Below are positions 11,101-21,703 of a DNA stretch of 57,550 bases, in pieces (within the stretch, counting starts at the first letter, position 1; each line of letters begins with the position of its first letter). Where the stretch lies: assembly GCF_001194135.2 (NCBI RefSeq), contig NC_068986.1, positions 59,342,265 through 59,399,814 of the forward strand. Direction: 5' to 3'. The notes beneath the pieces were generated by a model. It was not told where the DNA came from, ran no database searches, and worked only from the letters and a program-made list of their open reading frames with translations. Source of the stretch: Octopus bimaculoides (taxonomy: Eukaryota). Position numbers and translations under genes: made by a program.

Positions 11101-11439
11101 ATGAGATTCAGTTCTTCCCATTGCAACTAATCTTTGTCTATAAAGAGATAGTCTCTTTGTCTGCCTTTTGATTAAGATCATAAAGATAAATATTTTATTT
11201 TAAATAAAATAGTAATTTTCCCCTTTAAGAAAAAAAACATTTAAATCAAAATACCCATGATTCAAAAATATAGGGAGAATTTCTGTCTTTCAAATCCACA
11301 GCACTCCGAAAGTTGTATAAATGATTAAGGGAAGAAAAAAGGACAGACAGCAGTAGCTGACATGACTCTTTGAAGTGTCGACATTTTTAACTTGATTTCT
11401 TTTCTTCGTAAAGGAGGAAATGAGTTTTCATTAATGTTT

Positions 11440-12050
11440 TACGTAGTGTTTTTGGTACCGAAAGACTTTCAAACTTCGTATACTTATCTATTTTGTGTTA
11501 TAGAACAGAAAAATATTTTTGTATTCGAATTTATTTCATGTAAAAAATTGTCTTAATTCGATAATTTCAACCAATCACTGACAAGTATTCAGTTGTTTAC
11601 ATTTACTCCTTTGGCTAATTAAGCGGTGTAAAGCGTATTTAATCTCCATAACTTCTGACAGTGTTCGNNNNNNNNNNNNNNNNNNNNNNNNNNNNNNNNN
11701 NNNNNNNNNNNNNNNNNNNNNNNNNNNNNNNNNNNNNNNNNNNNNNNNNNNNNNNNNNNNNNNNNNNNNNNNNNNNNNNNNNNNNNNNNNNNNNNNNNNN
11801 NNNNNNNNNNTATCACCGATAGAATTGTTTCAGAATCGTTTGTTTATGTAGTCGGCACTTAATGTATATCGGCTGAATGGATGTCAGTGATTGGTTGAAA
11901 TTACAGAAATACGACAACTTTAACATGGAATAACTTAGGGATTTCTTTTTTTTTTTAAGAAGACTAAGAGAAAAAGATGTTTTATATGACACATTCTACC
12001 AGTGTTCCAAGTTTCAAAGTGTTTCGTTAAGAAAATACTGTGGCCCCCGT
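11440..12050. mobile_element. Non-autonomous DNA-transposon-like element with long diverged inverted ends, spanning an assembly gap
   Basis: Perfect 22-bp IR taatttcaaccaatcactgaca (11562-11583) / tgtcagtgattggttgaaatta (11882-11903); outer IR cgaaagactttcaaactt (11459) / aagtttcaaagtgtttcg (12009). Superfamily not assigned. Confidence 0.55.
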
Positions 12051-13363
12051 TTTAAAAAAGATCCGAAATGACTACCATAAAAACCCATGTAATTTATGCA
12101 CTTTTTTCGCAAAAACAAAAATAAACTTTAGTGGGTGCATAAATTACATGAGTAGATTGTTTCCAGAATGTTTTAGAAATATATTTTGTTGGAAAATGAT
12201 GTACAAATGTAAACATCCATATAGAAAGTTGACTCATTTAATGTCAGAATAGGTTTTTACATAATAAAGTTGACTTTTATTTATGCTGGACGGTGTGACG
12301 CTTACTTCTTCTGTATAAATTTACTAAAACCATTAAATGATTAACTACTTTTTTAAGTTTGACATTCATGCTGGTAATCACGGTCTGGGCCATATTTTAC
12401 ATTGCTTAGAGTTTCTATCTATCACAATGGAGCCCAGCAATTTCCTTAAATAGATTAGTTTTTCTCTGCTTAGGGAGTCTATTTGCTTGCTTTCTCCACA
12501 TTATGACACAATGAAATTCCTCACCACTGCATCTAACGCCGACAACCACAACATCACAACTCATCCTTGCACATGTAAACTCTCTAAGTGAATATGACTT
12601 AACATTCATACAGAAACCTTCATTTACCTTATACGATGTTTAATGTCATTTCACATTCATTTTGAATTATGCAGCAGTCTTATGTTCTCTTCATAGAACA
12701 CTTGGGTACTTTTTGGTTATCTTACCCACATTTAAAAATTGCCATTAAAAAATTAGGTTTTCTCCCCACTAAAAAAATCAAGTTAATGTAGCGACAAGAG
12801 ATTGGATTAAAAAAGTTAGATCCTTTTGATTCAATACTTCAACACATTGTTGATGTTTGGCCTCCTGTTATCAGATTTGATAAGATGTTTAATTTTTTCA
12901 GTTTTTATGTTTATTAATTTTTCTTTTTTTTTTGTTTTATTGAGTGTTAGACAATTTTTTTTAGTTGAGAGAGGTAACCAAAAGTATTGATATTTGTTGT
13001 AAAACAGTGGGAGATAACCCACTTTTTTAATGGGGGTGGTTATCTCACCCCCAAAGTTGTTTTGGTATAGTAGATTTTTGCTATTCTTGTTTATGTCTCC
13101 TTACAGACATGTATATTCTAACAAGTCGCTTCTTAAATTTTGCACCTCCCTTGTTCAATAAACACTACCAAACTATCAGTTTGGTCTTCCAGCTAAAACG
13201 GTAATGACAAATTTCTAAGTTTGCTTGACATTTTATAAGTGAGAAAGGAATTAAAAGTTTGATATTCTGTATCAAAGGTTCCGACGAGAATAGGCAGAAA
13301 ATCAGAGCTTGAGACAAGAAGACATTTTCGACCAATCAGAATTCATCATCATCATCATCATCA

Positions 13364-14040
13364 TCGTTTAACGTCCGCCTTCCATGCTAGCATGGGTTGG
13401 ACGATTTGACTGAGGACTGGTGAAACCGGATGGCAACACCAGGCTCCAATCTAATTTGGCATAGTTTCTACAGCTGGATGCCCTTCCTAACGCCAACCAC
13501 TCAGAGAGTGTAGTGGGTGCTTTTACGTGTCACCCGCACGAAAACGGCAACGCTCGAAATGGTGTCTTTTATGTGCCACCCGCACAAGAGTCAGTCCAGG
13601 GGCACTGGCAACGATCTCGCTCGAAAACCCCACAAAGGCCAGTCAGGCGGTATATATNNNNNNNNNNNNNNNNNNNNNNNNNNNNNNNNNNNNNNNNNNN
13701 NNNNNNNNNNNNNNNNNNNNNNNNNNNNNNNNNNNNNNNNNNNNNNNNNNNNNNNNNNNGGCTACACCAGGCTCCAATCTGATTTGGCAGTGTTTCTACA
13801 GCTGGATGCCCTTCCTAAAGCCAACCACTCAGAGAGTGTAGTGGGTGCTTTTACGTGTCACCCGCACGAAGGCCAGTCAGGCGGTACTGGCAAAGGCCAC
13901 GCTCATCTCGCTCAAGAAACCTCATGTGTCACCCGCACAAGAGCCAGCCCAGGGGCACCAGCAACGATCCCGCTCGAAAAATCCCAGAACCCCACACAAG
14001 AGCCAGTTCAGGGGCACCGGCAACGATCTCGCTCGAAGAA
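13364..14040 (-). mobile_element. RTE LINE 3' end(s): (GAT)n tail plus VNTR-bearing 3' UTR, two overlapping copies across an N gap
   Basis: (CAT)n-cgtttaacgtccgccttccatgctagcatgggttggac...ggatgcccttcctaacgccaacc. The same sequence is joined to RTE ORF C-termini at 22316-22940 and 28400-28685. Confidence 0.8.
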
Positions 14041-15725
14041 ATTTCATGTGTCTGTTTACATAATCAGTTTGATCAGTCACTTTCCTCTGTCAGTTGAATA
14101 AAGTGTCATGTGTATTTATCAGCTTTGTTTTTGTTGCTAAGAATTATCAACAACTTTTCCTGTGATCATGATCTGAAAAGACATACAGAAATATGCTAAA
14201 GATCAGACATAATCTCTTGTGGGCAAGAAATGTAAAATAAAGTTTATGAAAACAACACAAACACTTCGTATTTTAACCCATAAAGAACTGGGATTTGCAC
14301 TTACATAGCATGGACTGCTGAGCATTTTATGAAAATGAGACTACCATGTACACATAAAAAACAAAAAATAGTTAAAATATCTTCTTAGTATATAATAGTG
14401 GCAAGTTTTACATTATCTGAAAAATCATTAGTTGAACTATTAGTCTTCTTGCATTCTAGTGGGTATCAGAGCATTTGAGTGACATTAGACCCCCAACAAA
14501 CGCACATAAATTAAATGCATCTATCTGGGCCATGATCGTGGCCTATAAACCTGTGCTTGATGGTCACAATCATGGCCAGTCACACTTTATGTGTTAATAA
14601 CTTTCAATGTGATACCTGTTAAACAGAAATTATTTTTATTTAATGAAAATTTAATAAAATCTAATCATAAGTAAGTGAAATTATGCAATTATGCTAAATA
14701 CAACTTAACTGAAAACCTTTTACCCCTGGTCATATTGGCAATTCTGAAAACTTTTGGGTGCAAATTTTACATGAGTAGAAGCTTTTTTTAACAATTTTTA
14801 TCCTGAAAACCACCTGTGTAATTTACACAGGTGTGCAAATTACCTGGGTTTTTATGGTATTTTATTTGTAATCTTTATCATCTTAATCAAATGACAGGAA
14901 AACAGACAAACTTTAGTGTTAGTATAATATATATACATATATATGTATGTATGTGTGTTTATGTTTGTCCCCCACCCCTGCTTGACAACTGGCATTGGTG
15001 TGTTTACATTCCTATAACTTAGAAGTTCGGCAAAAAGACTAATAGAATAAGTACCAGGATTAACAAAAAATAAGTAATGGGGTCGATACATAGGACTACA
15101 AAATTTCCTTAAGACAGAGCAATCTAATGACTGAAACATGCAAAAGATAAATGATGCGTATGCGTGCGTGTGTGTGTGTGCAGTGAGGAATAAATACAAT
15201 CAATGACTAATATTATTATAACAATTTCAACATGTACAGGTGGCACAAGTGTGGCTATGTGGTAAAAAGTTTGCTTCCCAATATATGGTCTTGAGTTCAG
15301 TCCCATGGCATGGTATCTTAGGAAAATATCTTTTACTATAGCCATTGGATGACCAAAGCCTTGTTAGGGGATTTGGCAGACAGAAATTGAAAGAAGCCTG
15401 TTGTATGTATGCATGTATGTGTATATAGATATATATATATACTTGGAAAAGGTTGTGTGGTGTTTGATCATATGATATAAATAATATATAAATACATGCA
15501 TATATCCATACATATATGTACATACATACATGCATATATGGGTACAGGACATCAAAAAACCGTTAAACACAATGAGAAACAAAAACATAAAAACGAAAGC
15601 ATAGAAAACAAATTTTTTTCGAACAACAAAAAAAAAACAGAGAAACAAGACATGCAACATAAAGAGTATAACCCTTCGTCAGTTTTTCCCTGTTTCATCT
15701 ACTCCCCTGTATATATATACACATA

Positions 15726-16937
15726 CAGGGTGCATAAGATATTTGAGGACACATTTATGTTTATTAAAAAAAACATATAATAACTTTATTTATCAAAAAA
15801 TGTTATGAGGATAAAAATAGAGCTTCTTTTCTATAATGTTATTCAATAGAGCCACCTTCAGCTTCAACAACTGCTTCTATATGAGATCTAAATAATCTAC
15901 ATGCTTGAATCAAGTGGTCCTTGTTCATTTTGGACATTACTCTGACTATGGCAGCTTTCAAAGAATCTTTGGTGTTATGGGCGTGGTCATTGACCTCTCT
16001 TTCTCAACAATGATCCACATCTAATAGTCCAATGGATTGAGATCTGGAGACTTAGAAGGCCAAATGTTAGGGGGTTATGTGATCATGAAATTTTCAGTCA
16101 TTCATTCCTGTGTTACTAGAGCCATGTGTGATAGTGCAGAGTCTTACTGAAACACATATGGCCTTCCATTGCATACACACTGTCTATCCAGGGCTTAACA
16201 ATTATTTCCAGGACCCCAATGTAGGCAGCAGAGTTAACTCTAAGGCCTTGTGGAAAGAAGTAAGGAGGCATCACAAGTTCTTCATTGCTGACAACCCCTG
16301 AAATCATGACAGTTGCAGGAAATTTTGTATGCATAACACTCGGAACTTCAGAACTTCTAGATTTTGGTCGAAGTTTTTCTCGTTTGAGAAAAACCAAATC
16401 AAATCTTCTGCTGGATTTTTCAGTTTGTTTAAGAGCCTTTTAGATCTGATGTAATGATTTTCTTTTGCTTTTTCTGACAAATTGACCTTTCCTCATCATA
16501 TAAGACATATCTGATGTCTTCATGGACAACATTTCTGACTGTTCCTTCTGACAAATGGAGATCTTTTGCAATTGACCTCATGAACTTTCTGGGATTGTAA
16601 TCAATGGTCTGTTGAACTTGGATAAATTCAGGTGTTCTGATGATTTCAGAGCATTTAGAATGCTTTTTATGCTTTGATACTGGTGATATGTTTCCATCTT
16701 CAGTCTCTAGCTCCTTACAAACTTTGTAGACGAAAGATCTGGCAACTTCTAAAAATCGAGATATTTCTAAATTGCTATGCTCAGCCTTTATAACCACAAT
16801 AACAGCATGTCTCTTCATTTCCTGAGTAAGCTGAGGGTCTGTCATTATTATTTTCTGAAACAAAGATTATACAGAGTCAGCAAAAAATGCAGCAATGACC
16901 CAAAAAAGGCATGTCCTCAAATACCTTACACACCCTG
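15726..16937 (-). mobile_element. Full-length but decayed maT/DD37D-type Tc1/mariner element (~1.2 kb)
   Basis: TIRs CAGGGTGCATAAGATATTTGAGGACAC / ATGTCCTCAAATACCTTACACACCCTG with TA at left. Transposase fragments MKRHAVIV..LEISRFLEVARSFVYKV..RTPEFI..MRSIAKDL..TKFPATVMISGVVS..FPQGLRVNSAAYIGVLE..VKPWI. Confidence 0.85.
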
Positions 16938-16992
16938 AATATACACACATATATATATTATCATCAATATCACCATTTACCATCCACCTTCC

Positions 16993-17023
<31 letters not shown>

Positions 17024-18061
17024 ATATGTATGTAAGAGTATACTGTCACCTTGCCTTGACAGCTCATGATAGCTGTAAATGACTGTCACTGTCGATCAAG
17101 TGATATCCTTTGCTTCCAGTTTTCCAGGAAAACTTATCTGGTCATGGGTAATATTATGTTACTTGGGAACTGGTGAGAGTCAGTGACAGAAAAAACATCT
17201 GGGCATAGAAAATCTGCCTCAATAAATTCCATCCGTCATATGCAAGCATATAATAATACATACATTAATATCATTGTTAAATGTTCATTTTTTTCAAGCT
17301 TTTCAACCACACAGCCATGCCTGTATCTATATGCATCATCATTTAGCATCTGTTTTCCATGCTGGTAAGGGTTAGATGGTTTGACAGGGGCTAGTTAGCT
17401 GGAGAGCTGGACCAGGTTCCGGTCTGTTTTGGCTTGGTTTCTATGGTTGGATGCCCTTCCTATTGCAAGCCACTCCATTGAGTGTAGTTGGCACCTTGTG
17501 TGTATGTGTCACCAGTGCCTTTTATCTGTCACTGGCATGAATGCCTTTTATGTGTCACTGGCAGTGGCCACAGTTTCACTTGTGTTGACATGTCTTCTCA
17601 AGCAGAGTAAATCACCAAAGGTCTCAATCATTTGTCATTGCCTCCTTGAGATTCAACATCCAAAGATCATAATTCACTACCTCATCCCATGTCTTTCTAG
17701 GTCTATCTCTTTTGCAGGTTCCTTCCACAGTTAGAGATCAGCACTTTTTAATGTAGCTGGCTTCATCCATATGCATCACATGACCATACCAGCACAGTCT
17801 TTTCTCTTGCACACTACATCTTATGTATCATGCCCAATTTTTCTCTCAAGATGCTTACACTGTCGTATATGCACATTGACAGGGCACATCCAGCTTCATT
17901 TCTGCCAAGCCTCCACATGTCATTTGCAGTTACAAGACCATATTTCTATGGCTGTTCACACACTGGTATCATACAATCTGCCTTTCACTGAGAGGGAGAG
18001 ACTCTATGTTACTTTCAAAGGCAGTTCTCTGAACTTTGCCCAGCCCATTCTTATTCTAGCA

Positions 18062-18285
18062 GCTATTAACCCCAAGATTCCGAGTTCAATTCCAGGCAGC
18101 GACCTAACATCGAAAAATACTTTAGGAATAAGAACCCAGATTTGAAATTTCCCCAAGACACCTGATGAAGGCTGGCGGGTATATCAGCCGAAATGTTGTG
18201 TTAACAATAAACAAGATGAGGACAAATATCCGTCAATTGTAAATAATGTACATAATTCCTCATCTCTTGAATACAGAACTGTATT
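18062..18285 (+). mobile_element. SINE-like element with a tRNA-type B box and a hammerhead-like body
   Basis: B box GAGTTCAATTCC at 18082-18093, A box missing (5'-truncated); hammerhead-like motif at 18157-18202; interrupts an otherwise collinear RTE fragment. Confidence 0.65.
18157..18202 (+). ncRNA. Minimal type-I hammerhead ribozyme-like motif
   Basis: GACAC-CTGATGA-A-GGCTG-gcgggtatat-CAGCC-GAAA-TG-T-T-GTGTT. Stem I GACAC/GTGTT, stem II GGCTG/CAGCC; stem III ATGT is plausibly a CpG-decayed ACGT palindrome. Confidence 0.65.
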
Positions 18286-18959
18286 TCTAGTGTTTATTGT
18301 ACCTATACATCTGCCCCGCCAAAGACTATTTTCTCTGTTAACTTTCTTCTGATATTGCTGCACCTCTTATGTGTCCATAGCTTGCACAGGGTGCACCTTA
18401 TGGAGTTTCTACCTACACCTTTCTCTATGTCGAACAGGGCCATCTCCCTGATGGGATTTGTTTGTTTTTCTTCTTACTAAGACTTTAATATTAAAAAAAT
18501 AATGATGAATAAATGAAGAATATTAAATAAAAGAAAAAAAGGACAATGAAACAAACTGCAGTAATAAAAATTTCAACACAAAACGTTGTCAGCAACTGAA
18601 GCATGCTTAAATAAACTTTTATTAGGACTAGATGACCCCGTGCCGTCAAAAATGAAGGCTAATTGTAGTATTTTATGTATAAATATAGGTGGCAAATCAA
18701 ATTAGTCTTAATGTTATCTAGTGGTTGTCTTTTGAGATGTGACATCGATATTCGTTTGTTACTGAAAGAACGCTGGTTCACACATACATTCACATCATCC
18801 CACTTCCATTGTACACACACACATACACACGCAAATATTCAAGTACCTCCCTTTTTACATACATATACTCACAGAGTTGAAACGCTATTTGAATTTTTTT
18901 TTTGGTATGTGGTGATTAAAAAAGTAAATAAAAATTAAAGGGGAAATAACAACTAGGAA

Positions 18960-19400
18960 CTATTGGAAGCCTAAATGACGATATGTACACTTACGAAGTG
19001 ATTGTACATCAGGAGAAATTTTTAGATCCGACAAATAAGGACGTCCATACACAAAATGTGGATGCGTGTGAAAAGAAAACTACGACGTCGATTTGGAAGA
19101 TCTGGCAGAAGCGTTAGCACGCCGGGCGAGATGCTAAGCGGTATTTCGTCTGTCTTTATGTTCTGAGTTCAAATTCCGCCGAGGTTGACTTTGCCTTTCA
19201 CCCTTTCGGGGTCGATAAATCAAATACCAGTTGCGTACTGAGGTCGATCTAATCGACTGGCCCCCACCCCTAAAATTTCGGGCCTTGTGCCTAGAGTAGA
19301 AAAGAATTTGCAACGTTAGATAATTTATTCGTTTCGTATTTACACGAATTTATACGGAGGAATTCTATACCAAAGAAAGACAGTTGTTCACTTTTTGGTT
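18960..19400 (+). mobile_element. Merlin transposase C-terminal fragment, split by a SINE
   Basis: YTYEVIVHQEKFLDPTNKDVHTQNV..RVKRKLRRRFG [SINE] LFVSYLHEFIRR matches the Merlin/ISXO2 VNH..F.DP..HTQ.IE..W and SYL.EF.WR motifs. Confidence 0.75.
19101..19306 (+). mobile_element. High-copy tRNA-derived SINE (octopus-type)
   Basis: tggcagaagcgttagcacgccgggcg..ttctgagttcaaattccgccgagg (B box)..gactttgcctttca. Related copies at ~920-1290, 27960-28140, 35180-35380, 37230-37600 and 40030-40420. Confidence 0.85.
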
Positions 19401-19689
19401 GCTTACTTTTTTAATCACCACATACTAAAGGATTACCATTTTTTTTCACACCTTCCTTTGTCATTAATATGTTGTGACAGAGAAAAACATAATAGTATTA
19501 TTATAGTAGAAGAGTAAATAAGCAGGAAGAAACACACTTTTAATGATAATAAATATGTAAGAAAAAAAAGCAATGAAAATTATTGGATGACATATATCAC
19601 ACACAAATAGCAAATGAAGCTGTAGACACGTATCCAACAAACAATATTTACCAAATAGAAATGGAAAACAAAAGACACGTTGCTTTCAA

Positions 19690-19790
19690 GCCTGCGCACA
19701 AACTGTTCTCCGGTCAGGGAGACTTCCCTCCGGATAGGACCTAGCAATGAAAGAGGTCGTTGCGCATGCGTTACCGGAAAACCGTAGTAA
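19690..19790. promoter_or_regulatory. Candidate PSMG2 promoter: NRF1-like TGCGCATGCG and ETS-like ACCGGAA in a small GC/CpG island
   Basis: TGCGCATGCG at 19761-19770 and ACCGGAAA at 19773-19780, ~280 bp upstream of the ATG in otherwise very AT-rich DNA. Confidence 0.5.
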
Positions 19791-20053
19791 ACATTTTTTT
19801 CAAACTAAAAATGTGGGGTATTTATATATAACCCTTACAAAATGAAAAGACCAAACAAATATATCATTTTTATTTAGTTAATAGAAATAATTATAGTTTG
19901 CGTAATTTCAAATACATATTTTATAATTAATCAATTAGTTTAGCAGGTACTTCAACCGAAAATAAAAAGTCGTTCGTCTCAAGCTCTTTAACACAACTGA
20001 ACCTCGTCTTTGTTACTCTGTAGTTTGCAGGTTCATTCTTCCAATGTGTCGCA

Positions 20054-20134
20054 ATGTTTTACTTTCCAGACGAAGCTTCTTTATCCGAAGAAAAGCAGAA
20101 ATCTAAAGATTGGTCTGGCTATTCTCTTATTGTG
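20054..20134 (+). CDS. PSMG2: Proteasome assembly chaperone 2, exon 1
   Basis: MFYFPDEASLSEEKQKSKDWSGYSLIV then GTGAGT donor, phase 0; joins exon 2 as SLIV|AAVSVGNVG (vertebrate TLLM|PAVSVGNVG). Least conserved exon. Confidence 0.8.
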
Positions 20135-21703
20135 GTGAGTTATCACAGATAATACAGGATAATTAAGTTCAAAATTAAGAATACTCGTCACGTAGTATTT
20201 CGGCAACTTTGTTTAGCCTCTTAAATACAAACTTATATTTATGTGTTCTTTTCACTTTGCATCAATAATCTTTACAATTTTCTTTTTTCCATCATGCGAG
20301 TCAATTTCTTATGGAGATGATACATAAAAATCAGTATACGAATGCAGCAAAATTAGTGTTTATGATGATATTTTTTTTCTCCCGTTTCTAATTTATTACA
20401 ATTGTTTTATTGTCTGGGAAGAGTCTTTCTCTTGTAGTGCCCTATTAATTTAACACACACACCGGTCCGATTTCCACTCATTTATTTAAGAGAATGACTC
20501 TCCTCTGACACAATGAAATATGCTTCAACACACGGATTCAAGTAAAGAATCTTGCAAACCAAATACAAAAACGAAATACAATTAATTTCTCAAATTTTAA
20601 ATCAAATTTTCACTTCACAATATAAAGTTGTCATTACGGTATCTTTGTTCCATACTCTTGAAAATAGCTAAAACAAGGAAAAGTTGTGATGTTTTGTTTT
20701 AATTTCAATTTGTATTCATCAACAAAGTGATTCAAAGTCTTAAGTAAGCCTAAGTAAATTTCCAGCTTTACATAATTATCCCGATGATTGACCACATAAT
20801 GGTCCAAAGTATGGTATTAGATGGAGTATCAATTCCGTCATAAAGCTCACTGATTGTTCGAATACATAATAGATCTATTGGTAATTCTTCAATTGACAAT
20901 TGGCACAATATTATACAGGAATAACCCTGAACTTTTGTTTCTCTCGTTCAACAATATGTCATCTAGTTTTTGTGAATTCATATTCCAGTCCGCGACACTC
21001 GGTTTTGCACAACTTCGTAGCTGCAGCTCCTAATATCATCAAGTTCACTTGTTGCTGGAATTTTGGTATAGCTGTCTCTCAAAGTCCCATGCCACATGCA
21101 GGAAAGAAAGAGAGAGAGACTTTTTTGTCATATTATAGTTCTATTATCTTTCGTACAAATTTAACTATTAAATATCCCAATTCATTCTCATGTCATTAAC
21201 TTACTTGTATAAACAAAACTTTATGAGTTAACACTTATTGTAGAGACACAAATGGATGTACATGATGTCTTTTTCCTCACTAAGAATTGCTCTCTTCTCT
21301 ACTAACATATTTTGCATCAGTGACCAGTCAGTACATGGGGGCTAGTGGAAAACATGCTGACACCTTATTAAAAGGCAGGATCTGTGAGTTTTGCATCACA
21401 ACCTTGTCCTAAATCATTTATTTTCTCGACAATACTTGGGTGACAGGGAATTCAGGAAAGACTAAATTGATAAAATATTCCAACTTAGGCATGGGATGAG
21501 GACAGAATGGCCTAATGTTCATCGATGAGGTAGGAAACAAAATTCAAGGTGAGACAGAAGGGCCCTGTTTCATTTTTAGTTCATGTCATCAGTATAGCAA
21601 TGTCACTTGTGTAATGAACCCAATACAAAACCCTAATAAGATGGATGAAACAGTTCACAATAGATGTATTTAATCAATTGCCTATCTTCTACTTAGTGTT
21701 CAT

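Larger units (their letters stand above)
17335..18480 (-). mobile_element. 5'-truncated RTE LINE (RT C-terminus plus 3' UTR), interrupted at ~18062-18285
   Basis: Similar to 53540-54300 (ttcactgagagggagag, ctgaactttgccca, gtacctatacatctgcc, gagcagggccatctcc). Confidence 0.75.

Noticed and set aside
13364-14040. Apparent tandem duplication of an RTE tail
   Set aside because: The two copies flank an N gap and may be an assembly or haplotype overlap rather than a real duplication.
19690-19745. Minus-strand GGAGGGAAGTCTCCCTGACC resembling the RNase MRP/P CR-I region
   Set aside because: No complementary P4 3' strand or other conserved regions downstream; the following sequence is AT-rich and unstructured.
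21555-21600. Minus-strand CTGATGA...GAAA spacing
   Set aside because: No stem II, stem I or palindromic stem III; chance match. Other CTGATGA hits (8434, 37411, 46378, 56317) also fail.
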